From: a virus
IMG/VR virus record: IMGVR_UViG_3300010149_000001
Location: 17,677 to 81,676 of that record
Reading direction: 5' to 3' (one strand)
Length of the DNA: 64,000 nucleotides
Part shown: positions 9,703 to 20,002 of the stretch, one piece after another
Numbering within the stretch: the stretch's first letter is position 1
How the letters are laid out: each line of letters starts with the position of its first letter
Translations under genes and position numbers: made by a program
The notes under the pieces: model-generated
Databases searched by the model: none
What the model was told of the DNA's origin: nothing
What the model saw: only the letters and a program-made list of their open reading frames with translations

Positions 9703-10780
9703 AATCAGCGTCAATAAAGGCTCTTGGCTGGGCTTCTTTGACCCAGATGGTCTTGAGACCCACCAGAAGCGTTTGTTCGTCAATAAGAAGGTCTGGAGAG
9801 CGTTTAACGAGCAACAGATGATTCAGTATGAACAGGACTTGTTCAATCATTTCAGAAAGTATGGATTCCCACATTGGGACATGACCAAAGTTCAGAGGCA
9901 ACGAGTCATCAAGAACATGCTCAAGTTCGACACTACTGAACTGCTGGTTGAGGACTCAATACTCAGACAGTTCATGCTTGGGTTGGATTATGCCAATTCA
10001 TTCATGCCTCACATCTGGGACACCAAATGCAAGAACTACAAGACTCCAATGGAGTGCTTCAATGACGATGAAATGCTCAAGAAGGCCATCAAGAAGCGGC
10101 TCAAGTATGGAGACAACATGAGCGAGGCTGGGATGCGTAAAGCACTCTCTTGGACATCTGGAACTCATCGAGTATCGAACTTCAAACCGACGATTGCCAA
10201 ATACATCTATGACAATTATTCTGGCGATGGCAAAGTTCTGGATTCTTCATCTGGATATGGAGGCAGATTGTTTGGGGCGGTTGCATCCAAGTCGGTCAAG
10301 TCCTATGTTGGAACTGACCCATGCGAAAAAACATTCAACGCTCTGGAGGACATGAAAGCCCACTTATTGAAGTCAATATCGAAAGACATCACTCTCCACC
10401 AGAAGCCGTTTGAGATTCTGGAACTTGAAGAGAACTCATTCGACTTGTCATTCACCTCGCCACCATATTTTGACACAGAGGAATATGCCTATGATGAGAA
10501 TCAATCGTTTGTCAAGTTCAACACCAAAGCCAAGTGGCGGGATGGATTCTTGAAGCCGATGATTCAGAGGAACTATCGCTGGGTCAAAGAGGGTGGATAT
10601 TTCATCATCAATGTAGCCAATGTCAAGACCTATCCAGACCTTGAGAATGATGTCGTTGCCCTATGCAAAGAGGCTGGGTTTGAGTATGTCAAGACCTATC
10701 AGATGACGCTCTCTGGATTGCTCACAGGCAAGAAAAAGTTTGAACCGATATTCGTGTTTCAGAAGCCTCAATCCCATTGA
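9692..10780 (+). CDS. DNA amino-methyltransferase (N4-C or N6-A)
   Basis: SAM-binding motif VLDSSSGYGG followed by catalytic FTSPPY. Confidence 0.88.
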   Translation: MTNRISVNKGSWLGFFDPDGLETHQKRLFVNKKVWRAFNEQQMIQYEQDLFNHFRKYGFPHWDMTKVQRQRVIKNMLKFDTTELLVEDSILRQFMLGLDYANSFMPHIWDTKCKNYKTPMECFNDDEMLKKAIKKRLKYGDNMSEAGMRKALSWTSGTHRVSNFKPTIAKYIYDNYSGDGKVLDSSSGYGGRLFGAVASKSVKSYVGTDPCEKTFNALEDMKAHLLKSISKDITLHQKPFEILELEENSFDLSFTSPPYFDTEEYAYDENQSFVKFNTKAKWRDGFLKPMIQRNYRWVKEGGYFIINVANVKTYPDLENDVVALCKEAGFEYVKTYQMTLSGLLTGKKKFEPIFVFQKPQSH

Positions 10781-11137
10781 TGTGGATTCCACTTGGGCTT
10801 TGGTTGGTTGCGCTTTCGCCACCATCTTATGACATATTTGCCGACCAGAAGCCACCAGAGAATCTCAGCGATGACCAATAAGGTCAATGAGAATCCCGTC
10901 AATCCAAACATATTATTCTCATCTGAAAAGGCGGGTATTCAATCTGGTGAACAAGTGGGTATTGAAGCATCTGGTGAAACGCATCTGGTTCAATCCAGAG
11001 TTCAAGACCGTCGCAGTATGCGTATTGAGACCAATACCGAATCCGAATGACATGTCTCAAAATCCCACATCTGGAAACAAGAACAAAACGAGTCAGATTG
11101 CAGAAGCATTGATATACCCCCACCACTACGGCAAGAC

Positions 11138-11500
11138 ATGGACAACCGAACCCCATCCCAGAAAAAGACCGCCGCACGAAAGCACCACCTCGCAGGTTTG
11201 TATCACAACGCATTCTTGACGACCAGCCAACCCGTATTGGGCGTTGACATTGACGCTCATGATGCAAACAAACTTGTTCGCAACGGCTGGGCTATGATTC
11301 ATGTGTTTGGAACAAAAGTCGTGCTTGGACAAACCAAGACAGGCTCAAAGAACTACGACAGCAATTGCACTCTCAGAGTCAACGGCTACATCTCACAGAT
11401 TGCTCGCTACTCCAAAGACCCAAGCACTCGTGTTGACATGTCCTCTCTGATGAACATGGCTTCACTACTCTCCAGCCACTACTTGACTCGCTGGTATTGA
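11138..11500 (+). CDS. Hypothetical protein (early-type promoter cassette)
   Basis: GCATTGATATA box 29 nt upstream of the ATG. Confidence 0.75.
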   Translation: MDNRTPSQKKTAARKHHLAGLYHNAFLTTSQPVLGVDIDAHDANKLVRNGWAMIHVFGTKVVLGQTKTGSKNYDSNCTLRVNGYISQIARYSKDPSTRVDMSSLMNMASLLSSHYLTRWY

Positions 11501-11558
11501 AGCCCACCATCTGGCAATCCCCGCCCTTTGATAAGGGTGGGATGCCCCCTCTGGGGCT

Positions 11559-11756
11559 ATGACAAGAATGTTCAGAGTCCGTGTGGACATGGGTGCAGAC
11601 GGCTGTATAGATTTGACGAGCGAAGGCAACATTGGCGAGGCTCTCAGAGCCGCTTATGATGAATGCAAGAAGCGCAAGGCCAACCCGATTGCTATCAATG
11701 TTCAACAGGTGGTTGAGCAGGGAAAATGGACAGCCGTGATTCCCTCACGCTCGTGA
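11559..11756 (+). CDS. Hypothetical protein
   Basis: TTGATAAG box upstream; short ORF. Confidence 0.6.
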   Translation: MTRMFRVRVDMGADGCIDLTSEGNIGEALRAAYDECKKRKANPIAINVQQVVEQGKWTAVIPSRS

Positions 11757-11986
11757 GTGTGGGTCAAAGCGGCAATACAGGCAGAATGCACATCATGGCT
11801 GGTGTCAGCCCTAAGACGCTCTGTGGGCGTTCCACAGACAATGCAATCGTGCATGACGGCGAGTGGGTTGATGAAGTCCTATCTCTGATTCAGAACCAGA
11901 CCAACGGAGGCGTTGGAACATCGGTCTGCGCCAGATGCAGAGCCAAACTCAATCCATCAGAAACTGTGAATACCCCCAACGCATAG
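11753..11986 (+). CDS. Small Zn-binding hypothetical protein
   Basis: GTGA overlap with the previous stop; H...TLCG...CARC pattern. Confidence 0.55.
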   Translation: MSVGQSGNTGRMHIMAGVSPKTLCGRSTDNAIVHDGEWVDEVLSLIQNQTNGGVGTSVCARCRAKLNPSETVNTPNA

Positions 11987-11996
11987 TGGGATTATC

Positions 11997-12377
11997 ATGG
12001 GGGATGAAATCGAGATTCAAGTGCCTGTTCTTTATTGGATAGTCGCTGGCAAAAAAGGGATGGAATTATGGGGCTATGAAAGGGAGAGCGACCAGAAGGA
12101 TTGGTCTCCAAGCAAGAAGCCAGATGTGAAGGTGAAAATCCATCCACTCCATTGGGACTTTGAGATTAACCAACACGATGGCTCTGGCAGGGTCAGAATC
12201 GGTGCTGGATGCCAATACAATCCACTCCAGATGATTGAGGCCATGTGGATTCATCTGGCTGAAAAAGACCCAGCAGATGTCGTCGTTGAGATTGATATTG
12301 ACTTTGCCAATGCAGAGATTGAATGGAACAAAAGCGACACTCCATTTGGAGAGAACTTCTCATCAGATTGGGAGTGA
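11997..12377 (+). CDS. Hypothetical protein
   Basis: 126-aa ORF in a co-oriented cluster. Confidence 0.65.
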   Translation: MGDEIEIQVPVLYWIVAGKKGMELWGYERESDQKDWSPSKKPDVKVKIHPLHWDFEINQHDGSGRVRIGAGCQYNPLQMIEAMWIHLAEKDPADVVVEIDIDFANAEIEWNKSDTPFGENFSSDWE

Positions 12378-12382
12378 TTGAG

Positions 12383-12670
12383 ATGATTGTCTGGGTCAAC
12401 AAAACCGAATCTGGTCAAACAGAATTGAAGGGCTACAACAAGTCAATGCAGGTGATAACCAGCATGGTTGAGTCTGGCGATGATTGGACAATCACCAGCA
12501 GGTCTGGTGAGCAATATCAGATGAAAGGCGCAGGTTGTCCAGACCCAATCGAGTTCATATTCAAACTAATATCTCCACGCAAGAAAATGGAGATTGACGA
12601 TTCAGTTCCTTATCTCCGATTCCAGAGCAACACCACAGGTGAACTCTGGGAGGTCTGGGGAGTCCGATGA
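12383..12670 (+). CDS. Hypothetical protein
   Basis: GGAGTGA SD-like site; ORF abuts the previous gene. Confidence 0.6.
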   Translation: MIVWVNKTESGQTELKGYNKSMQVITSMVESGDDWTITSRSGEQYQMKGAGCPDPIEFIFKLISPRKKMEIDDSVPYLRFQSNTTGELWEVWGVR

Positions 12671-12766
12671 CCCAGCGCAGACAGCATTGAAGTATATCAA
12701 TGTATATGTTCCATCAATGTTTATGTTCCTTAATTGACTTAAACCTCAAAGCACCCCATAATCGGC

Positions 12767-15508
12767 ATGGGCAAGCGTGAGGATGACATCAAAGCATACA
12801 TCAAAACCAATTTTCCAGAGTCTGCCAACAAGATTCGCCAGAGCATGAACTTTGCTCAATTGACCAGATTGGTGCAAGACTTGTCTGGCGGTATTCCAAA
12901 AGTTCTGGGCGATGTTCCAGATGAATTGAAGGACACTCGGATATTCGGCTCAATACAACCAACAACGATAACGACGACAACCACGACTTCTTCTGATTCT
13001 GGTTCTGGTTCTGATTTGACAATCGGGACAGTTTCAACAACAGCGGCTGGTGGACAAGCGGCGGCATCAATCACAGACAACAAACTGAATCTGGTTCTGC
13101 CCAGAGGTTCAGCGGGTTCAACAGGTTCAGCAGGTGCTGATGGAACATCGGCCACAGTCGCTATTGGGACAACCTCGACGCTGGCGGCGGGTGCATCTGC
13201 GACGGTTGCCAACACAGGGTCAGCATCAGCGTCTGTGCTTGACTTTGGCATTCCACAGGGCGCACAGGGCATTCAAGGGATTCAAGGAATACAGGGCATT
13301 CAAGGAACGGCAGGGACAGATGGAACTGATGGAACTGATGGGACAGACGGCACAGATGGGACAGACGGTTCAGCGGCAACAATCGCTGTCGGCTCAGTCT
13401 CCACAGGGGCGGCAGGGACACCAGCGACGGTGGCAAATGTTGGAACATCATCAGCGGCAGTTCTGAACTTTGGAATCCCTCAAGGGGCGCAGGGGATTCA
13501 AGGCATTCAAGGGATTCAAGGCAACGATGGTGCTGACGGCACAGACGGCACAGACGGGACTGATGGGACAAACGGGACTAATGGTCAAGGAGTGCCAACA
13601 GGCGGGTCAGCAGGGCAGGTTCTGAGCAAAATAGATGGGACAGACTACAACACTCAATGGTCAGCGGCAGGTGCTGGCTACACAGATGCAGAAGCGGTTG
13701 CGGCGGTTGAAGCAGAACCGACTCTGGTTCTGACAGGTGAGACATCACTTGGTCAAGTTCCAGAGGACTTGGTGGCAGTTCCAACGACATTCACCAGCGG
13801 GTCGAATCAAGTTTCAGTTCCAGACGGTTCATTCTTCAATCTGGGCGATAAAATCTCCACGACTGTTGACCCGATTGTTGATTCTGGCGGGTCAGCGGCA
13901 CAGCCAAACAAGGGCATTATCATAACAGCAATCAGCGGCAACACTCTGACAATCAGCAAGACAATCGGGACATCAATAACCACCAACACAGTATTCAAGC
14001 GGCCAAGAGGTGTGCCATCAATTCTGCCAGAAGCACCGTATCTGTATTCAAATCCAACGAACTCAGCAGAGGTGCAATTGAGTGCTGACAGGGCTGGTGG
14101 GAATGATGCAATTCTGAGAATAAACACGGAGTCTGGTTATCTGAGACTTGGCGCACAGAACGGTTCATTCTGCCACTTCTATACAGACAGGGCATACTTC
14201 TATTTCAACAGGCCAATACAAATGGATGGTGGGGCGTTTTACGCATACAACGATGACCTTGAAATCAAGACTGATGACTCTGGTGCTGACCAGCCCACGA
14301 GGATATTCATTGACGCACAGGTTGACCCTTGCAGGGTCGGCATTGGGAATGGATTCACAGCATCATCGTTGCCAACAAACACACTCCATGTCAAGACAAG
14401 TCAATACCAAGCGGGTGGGGGTTCTTCTGGAACTTATGACAACATTGGAGATGGTGCTTATGCGGCCAGATTCCAGACAAACAATGGGAATGTTGGAATC
14501 TCAAAGTATGGTGGAATCCATCTGGACAATGACAACACAGCCCCTCTTGATGGCGCAGATTGGTCAACCCAGAGATGGCAGATTGGTCAGCGAGATGGAG
14601 AACAATTGGACATCTCGTTTGGAACTCCACTCGACACGAATGTTGCGGCTTCTGACACCAAACTGAGACTCAAAACAGACGGCAAGGTTGGGATTCTGAA
14701 AGGGGCGACTGACCCAGCCCAAGCACTTGATGTGAATGGGACAATCCGTCAGTCAAATGCCACCAATGCCATCATCCATGCAAATGCGAATGGCGACTTG
14801 GGCGCATTGACTGTTGGGTCTGGATTGTCATTATCTGGTTCAACCCTCACAGCCACAGGTGGTGGAGGTGGCGGTGGCTCTGGAGACTTCATTGGCTTGA
14901 CAGACACTCCAGCATCATATTCTGGAATGGCTGGCAGAGTTCCAGCCGTGAACTTCACGGAGGATGCTTTGCAGTTTGTTGACATTTATGGTGCGCTGGG
15001 AATGTTCATCGGTGATGCCAACGGACAGGTCGGCAACAGCAACAAAACAAAACTGATATTCGATGCCTCTTTTTCTGTTGCAGATGTATCATCCAACACA
15101 GCGGTTGTCAGCGTTGCTGGAGGCGGTGGCGGAGGCGGTGGAGGCGGTCAATTGAAACCCCCAACATCTGGGACAATCATAGGTGGCGGGACAATTCCAG
15201 CAGGGATGAATCGTGCCATTCTGATTGACGGTGGCGACTTTGAAAATCCAATCACTTTGACTCCACCAACCACGACAACCCACGACTTGACAATCACCAT
15301 GTATTCAAATGACAGGGCGATTATAGACGCTGGGAATGATATGTTCTCCTATATGGATGAAGAGACAGGAGAATCAGAGACTCAAGCAATTCAGATATTC
15401 AGCGGAAAGTCAGTTCAATGCACATACATGACTGACCCATTGGGTGATGGTGTAAATCGCTGGTTCATCATTGGCAACATTAACAGGGCTTTCAGATTCT
15501 TGCTCTGA
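12767..15508 (+). CDS. Collagen-like fibre/decoration protein
   Basis: GIQ and GTD triplet repeats, a duplicated ATVA.G..ST...ATVAN.G...A.L.FGIPQG module, poly-Gly hinges and tail-fibre-like GKVGI...P...LDVNG repeats. Confidence 0.8.
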   Translation: MGKREDDIKAYIKTNFPESANKIRQSMNFAQLTRLVQDLSGGIPKVLGDVPDELKDTRIFGSIQPTTITTTTTTSSDSGSGSDLTIGTVSTTAAGGQAAASITDNKLNLVLPRGSAGSTGSAGADGTSATVAIGTTSTLAAGASATVANTGSASASVLDFGIPQGAQGIQGIQGIQGIQGTAGTDGTDGTDGTDGTDGTDGSAATIAVGSVSTGAAGTPATVANVGTSSAAVLNFGIPQGAQGIQGIQGIQGNDGADGTDGTDGTDGTNGTNGQGVPTGGSAGQVLSKIDGTDYNTQWSAAGAGYTDAEAVAAVEAEPTLVLTGETSLGQVPEDLVAVPTTFTSGSNQVSVPDGSFFNLGDKISTTVDPIVDSGGSAAQPNKGIIITAISGNTLTISKTIGTSITTNTVFKRPRGVPSILPEAPYLYSNPTNSAEVQLSADRAGGNDAILRINTESGYLRLGAQNGSFCHFYTDRAYFYFNRPIQMDGGAFYAYNDDLEIKTDDSGADQPTRIFIDAQVDPCRVGIGNGFTASSLPTNTLHVKTSQYQAGGGSSGTYDNIGDGAYAARFQTNNGNVGISKYGGIHLDNDNTAPLDGADWSTQRWQIGQRDGEQLDISFGTPLDTNVAASDTKLRLKTDGKVGILKGATDPAQALDVNGTIRQSNATNAIIHANANGDLGALTVGSGLSLSGSTLTATGGGGGGGSGDFIGLTDTPASYSGMAGRVPAVNFTEDALQFVDIYGALGMFIGDANGQVGNSNKTKLIFDASFSVADVSSNTAVVSVAGGGGGGGGGGQLKPPTSGTIIGGGTIPAGMNRAILIDGGDFENPITLTPPTTTTHDLTITMYSNDRAIIDAGNDMFSYMDEETGESETQAIQIFSGKSVQCTYMTDPLGDGVNRWFIIGNINRAFRFLL

Positions 15509-15558
15509 TATTGAGTTCAATAAAGGTTCAAATAAGTGTGGCTGTGGTTTCAAAATCC

Positions 15559-15741
15559 ATGACGACTCACGACCCTCCAGATGAGAATACCGAATATCAT
15601 CCAGATACAGGAATCCGTCTGTGTAAGGTGTGCAGGTTGGAGATAACTCTGATGAACTCCAGAATGCTTTATGCCAAAGTCTGCGGCAATTGCTATCTGA
15701 AACATAAGGCAGATGAAAGAAAGCGAAAAGGACTCAAATAG
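15559..15741 (+). CDS. Small Zn-finger protein
   Basis: CKVC...CGNC. Confidence 0.55.
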   Translation: MTTHDPPDENTEYHPDTGIRLCKVCRLEITLMNSRMLYAKVCGNCYLKHKADERKRKGLK

Positions 15742-15763
15742 GTGGAACTGTCGCAGAGCAAAT

Positions 15764-16006
15764 ATGGCAGAGATGCACGAATCAGAGACCTTCGCATACA
15801 ATCGCTCATGGGATGAGATTGAACAGATGCTGGACAAGGCAGAAGCCAAACTACACATTCACGAGATGGGAGTCCAGAAGCATAAGCATCGAATGAAGTC
15901 GAGAGAGTTCATGTATCACGCAAGGAACTTCAAGGCGTTGCAGGGCGTTGTCAAGACTCTCCGCTGGACTCTGGGTGCAAGAGGCGTGGACAATCCACTT
16001 TCATGA
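15764..16006 (+). CDS. Hypothetical protein
   Basis: 80-aa helical ORF (LQGVVKTLRWTLG). Confidence 0.6.
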   Translation: MAEMHESETFAYNRSWDEIEQMLDKAEAKLHIHEMGVQKHKHRMKSREFMYHARNFKALQGVVKTLRWTLGARGVDNPLS

Positions 16007-16037
16007 CTTCAAATAGGTGGGCGTTGACTGTCCTTCT

Positions 16038-16391
16038 ATGATAACCGACGACCCAGCAGAGTATGAACTCTGGCAACAGGAACAAGCCCACATGGAACAT
16101 CTCGTTGAGGAATATCATCAAGAGCAATTGGACAAGGCTGAGATGGAGATGGTTGAGATTCTTGGCTGTCTGGCATCATCGCCAGAGTATGGAGATAACC
16201 TTCACGCCAACGCTCAGACTGAGATGGATATTGCTGGGAGTTATCTGGCTCAAATCAAAACGATTCTGGATGGTGCATCCAAGCCAATCATCGCTTCAAT
16301 TCTTCAACCTCTGAGGTCTGCTTTGATTGATTCAGAGTTCATGATTGAAGGAGGGTATCGAGTGCTTGATTCAAGAGATGACAATGTATGA
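16038..16391 (+). CDS. Hypothetical protein
   Basis: Acidic ORF. Confidence 0.6.
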   Translation: MITDDPAEYELWQQEQAHMEHLVEEYHQEQLDKAEMEMVEILGCLASSPEYGDNLHANAQTEMDIAGSYLAQIKTILDGASKPIIASILQPLRSALIDSEFMIEGGYRVLDSRDDNV

Positions 16392-16645
16392 CTCGCAACC
16401 TTGAATGCCGACGACAGATTCACGAGGTTCTCTGTGGATATGAGGTTGGGCATCAGTTCATTCTGGAGAAGTTTCTGACCGATATGCAAGAGCGACATTG
16501 GCCTAAGAGGAACAGAACAAAGCGTCAGCCAATTGGTCGTGTCTCCAACATTCTGGGCGAGTATGTGAGGGCTAAATCTCTGAGCAGAACCACTCATTCA
16601 TCCACAGGATTAAGCACATTCAAAGTGGTCAAACAGGTCGTCTGA
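16388..16645 (+). CDS. Hypothetical basic protein
   Basis: ATGA overlap with the previous gene. Confidence 0.55.
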   Translation: MTRNLECRRQIHEVLCGYEVGHQFILEKFLTDMQERHWPKRNRTKRQPIGRVSNILGEYVRAKSLSRTTHSSTGLSTFKVVKQVV

Positions 16646-16700
16646 TTCGGCATCTCAATACTCCGAAAGTGTGAATAACCACATAGAGAAAGAACCAGAT

Positions 16701-17303
16701 ATGTCCGACGATGAGATTGAGAGTGTTGACGATATTGACAAACTGTTGCCAAGCAAGTATGATGAGGCTCTGGTCAGATTCGTTGCAGGTCTGTTGACTC
16801 GTGGATATTCAGAGAAAGAAGTCCAGATGAAATTGGTTGAGAATAGCCTGTTTAACTCTCGTGCCTCGCCCTCTGAGTGGCGGTCTCTTATTCGACAGGC
16901 CAGCATCGTTGCTGAGGACATTCGATACATGGTTGTCGCTAAGGCTGAGATGGATGACATTGAACATCAGAGATTGGATTCATACTCCAGAAGGCGGCGA
17001 GCGATGAGCAGGTTGGAGGCCGTGATTGAATCGGCACATCAACAGGCTGACTCTGTGAGCAAACTCAATTCAGTCTCATTCATGGTTGGTGGACTAATCA
17101 AAGCACAGGAATCGCTGGATAAGTTCACAGGGGCGCAAGAAGCCGCACCTCAAGTCGTGGTCAATGTCGGCTATGACCCGATGGAACAATTCAGAAGTGT
17201 GATTCAAGACGAGATGAGGACTCTGGATATTGAAGCCGATACCCAACCTTCTGCTCAGTCAGACGATTCTGAACCAGATGAAGAACAAAAAGAATCAGAT
17301 TGA
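16701..17303 (+). CDS. Putative terminase small subunit
   Basis: N-terminal HTH-like region, central helical hairpin, C-terminal beta segment (LIKAQESLDKFTG...VVVNVG). Architecture only, no diagnostic motif. Confidence 0.45.
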   Translation: MSDDEIESVDDIDKLLPSKYDEALVRFVAGLLTRGYSEKEVQMKLVENSLFNSRASPSEWRSLIRQASIVAEDIRYMVVAKAEMDDIEHQRLDSYSRRRRAMSRLEAVIESAHQQADSVSKLNSVSFMVGGLIKAQESLDKFTGAQEAAPQVVVNVGYDPMEQFRSVIQDEMRTLDIEADTQPSAQSDDSEPDEEQKESD

Positions 17304-17355
17304 AAGGTATTGATAGAACCGACGCATTGATATAGGACACCACTAATGGAGAGGC

Positions 17356-17940
17356 ATGACCCAAGATACAGTCAGCCCAGAAGCCCGCACCGTGAACACC
17401 CTTGTCCTTGACACAGAGACAGGAACTCTTAACCCAGCCGCTGGGTTTGAGGGAGTCCCATTGGCGAACATCGTCAACAGCCTTGTCAAAGGAAACAAGA
17501 CAACCAAGACACCTGCTCTTATCCCAGAAGCAGACCCAAGTGTAGTTCGCAAGACCAACGGAGAGAACTCAGTCAACGGCTGGGACATCACCATCACCAA
17601 CAACCTCACAGGTGCTACTGTTGACTCAACAGGAATCACAGAGATTGGTGAAACAACCATGCAACCTCAACACTCTGGTGTCTCATGGACAAACCTTGTC
17701 AAGCAAATTGGTGCTATGCGTGGATGCCCTCAGAACGGTGCTTTCATTGAAACCTTCATTCAAGGACTTCAAATGACAGCCGCTGGTGCTGACGCAGAAG
17801 CAATCGCTGACCACTACACCAACAACGGTGTCAAGTGGAGTCCTCAGTCTGGTGCTAATGCAAAGGCATTCATGGATGAGATTCGCCACACCACCACCAA
17901 AGCAACCGCTGGCAAAATCATCATCACTCGTGATGTTTGA
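17356..17940 (+). CDS. Hypothetical protein (early-type promoter cassette)
   Basis: Tandem TATTGATAG/CATTGATATA boxes upstream; hairpins follow the stop codon. Confidence 0.75.
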   Translation: MTQDTVSPEARTVNTLVLDTETGTLNPAAGFEGVPLANIVNSLVKGNKTTKTPALIPEADPSVVRKTNGENSVNGWDITITNNLTGATVDSTGITEIGETTMQPQHSGVSWTNLVKQIGAMRGCPQNGAFIETFIQGLQMTAAGADAEAIADHYTNNGVKWSPQSGANAKAFMDEIRHTTTKATAGKIIITRDV

Positions 17941-18492
17941 GTCTGACCAGACAGGTCGGAGTTCCAGAGGCTCTGCCCCCCATGCGGGGGTGGAGTCTCG
18001 ATGTTGATGAGGCGGGATGACCGCCCACCAGATGCCCAGCCCAGATGCTGGAGATGCTGATGATTGATGCTCGGCTTAGGCTGGGTATGGATTGCTCGCT
18101 CAGAGTTCTGGGCAGGTCTCGATGCAAGTGTCTGAGAGTCATCCAGAATTGATGGCCGACATGACGGGCGGGGGTCAAGCCTTGCTTCTCTCAGATGACG
18201 GCGTGGGTGTGTCCAGAGCCAGAGAATTATTCCAGACGATAGTGAACAGGGCAGGGGGGATGAACATCTCATTCCAGCACCCAGAGCAAAGGAACTGCCC
18301 AGAGCAGACCAGACCCCTCCCCCTATTCAGCCCAATACCATCTATTTTCTGAATCTCGTTGCACTATGGCCTCAAAAATTATGGTGGAAAATCACTATGT
18401 TTTTCTGAATATCAATAGTCCCGTTCCATCTCTCCACGAAGTTCACACACTTAAACCCTTTCAATATCATACTACTTATGTTCTTAACAAAT

Positions 18493-18634
18493 AATTAAAC
18501 AAACAAAGGAGGGGTATGGGACACACACATGTTAGAATACAGAAAAGACATACTGCGTATATTGGGGTATGTGTCCTCTGGATAGGGGGTTCGTTTGATT
18601 CATTTCACTATCCCCCTTTAGGGGGATAACTCCA
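18493..18634. repeat. Palindromic element copy 1 (candidate origin or packaging site)
   Basis: TATCCCCC-TTTA-GGGGGATA palindrome plus GATAGGGGGTTCGTTTGATTCATT; both motifs recur at 61747-61856. Confidence 0.6.
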
Positions 18635-18821
18635 GCAACCCGTTTCTGAGCGTCTAAACACCCCCAGAATCAATTCGTTTCTTTTCTGGGTGCAATTCCA
18701 GCACCTCTCAATTCCCTGCTCAATTCTTTGATACATCAATACTGTCTGCCCCATCGAAAAACCCATTGAAATCCACAGGTGGGAGATTAGGTTCTTAACT
18801 GTGGGAACATCGCCAGAACTC

Positions 18822-18992
18822 ATGGACAATCCACCGACAACCCGTCAGAATCTGGTCAGAGGCAACGACGACCTCTGGGACATTGTTATGCGACATGTGA
18901 AAGCAAACCGCAGATTGAGGACAATTCTGTATTGCTCATTCGCATTCAATCTCTGGATGGCGAGCCACATATTCTTGGGCTGGACACCATAA
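18822..18992 (+). CDS. Small membrane protein
   Basis: Hydrophobic C-terminus. Confidence 0.5.
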   Translation: MDNPPTTRQNLVRGNDDLWDIVMRHVKANRRLRTILYCSFAFNLWMASHIFLGWTP

Positions 18993-19025
18993 CTTTCTTG
19001 TATTCGACATTCTTGAGTCGAGGAT

Positions 19026-19211
19026 ATGCGCTCAGATTGCCAACACCCAGATTGCCTCAAGCAAGACCTCAAAGACGGATTCAGATACTGTGATGGTGAG
19101 CATCGAATGTGGGCTGAGAAGCGCACTCTGGATGGTCTCGCTCAGTCTAAAACACAGCAAGAGGCTGTCGCTGTTTTGACCAAGTTTGCATTGAAGTGGC
19201 AACGCATCTGA
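19026..19211 (+). CDS. Small Cys/His-rich protein
   Basis: CQHPDC...YC...H. Confidence 0.5.
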   Translation: MRSDCQHPDCLKQDLKDGFRYCDGEHRMWAEKRTLDGLAQSKTQQEAVAVLTKFALKWQRI

Positions 19212-19253
19212 GCAACCAACACCGATATAACCCCCGAATCGCAACGATGTTGT

Positions 19254-19547
19254 ATGAGTCAGATAACTCACGCCTCTGGAACAGGAACAACAAGTCTGGT
19301 GATAGCACCGACACTTGCTATGCTCAACGGATTCATCATCGCTGGTGGATTGACACAGGTTGAGATTCATGACTGTGCTGAGGTTGCTGACATCGCATCA
19401 TCGAATCTCGTGTATAAATTGGTGGCCGCATTTGGTCAACCAATCCAGCAAACATTTGAAGGAGTCATGTTCATGAAAGGACTGACAATTGTTTTCACCG
19501 CCGCTGATGGAACTGAAACATTCACCGCCAACATCGAGTGGGAGTGA
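19254..19547 (+). CDS. Hypothetical beta-rich protein, possibly virion-associated
   Basis: Late-type ATATAACCCCC box upstream. Confidence 0.65.
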   Translation: MSQITHASGTGTTSLVIAPTLAMLNGFIIAGGLTQVEIHDCAEVADIASSNLVYKLVAAFGQPIQQTFEGVMFMKGLTIVFTAADGTETFTANIEWE

Positions 19548-19555
19548 TTTGGAGA

Positions 19556-19954
19556 ATGACATTCAAGACTGACCAGATATTGGACTCGATAATTGTCATC
19601 TGCCAATCTGGAGACAAAATCGTTTCTGTCAATTATCAATCTGGAACACTTCTGGCTGAGATGGATGGAGATTTGACTCAAGCCCAAGTCGCTGTTGTTG
19701 AAGCGATTCTGGATTTGCATCGTGGGAACTGCAACATTGAAACTCAAGGAGTTCTGGTTCTGAATCCAGACGAACCGATTGACAAGTGGATTTATGACCA
19801 CGACCCAGATGAACCTGTCAATGCAATATCTCTGACGGTGATGTCCTATGAGGGCAAGCGATTCAAGTGCAAGACACCACTCAAGTGCCGACCAGCGATG
19901 GAGGGTGTGTTATTCTGCAAGCGATGTCATGCGCTATCTCAAGAAGAAGAATGA
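19556..19954 (+). CDS. Hypothetical protein with C-terminal Cys cluster
   Basis: ORF with CKTPLKC...FCKRC. Confidence 0.6.
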   Translation: MTFKTDQILDSIIVICQSGDKIVSVNYQSGTLLAEMDGDLTQAQVAVVEAILDLHRGNCNIETQGVLVLNPDEPIDKWIYDHDPDEPVNAISLTVMSYEGKRFKCKTPLKCRPAMEGVLFCKRCHALSQEEE

Positions 19955-20002
19955 CATTGAGAGAACCTATCCATTGATATACTTGCACATCGTGGCAAGA
20001 AC

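Noticed and set aside
10870-11130. Small ORFs at 10870-11050 and 10887-11219
   Set aside because: Two competing frames with no motif or clear start signal; cannot choose between them.
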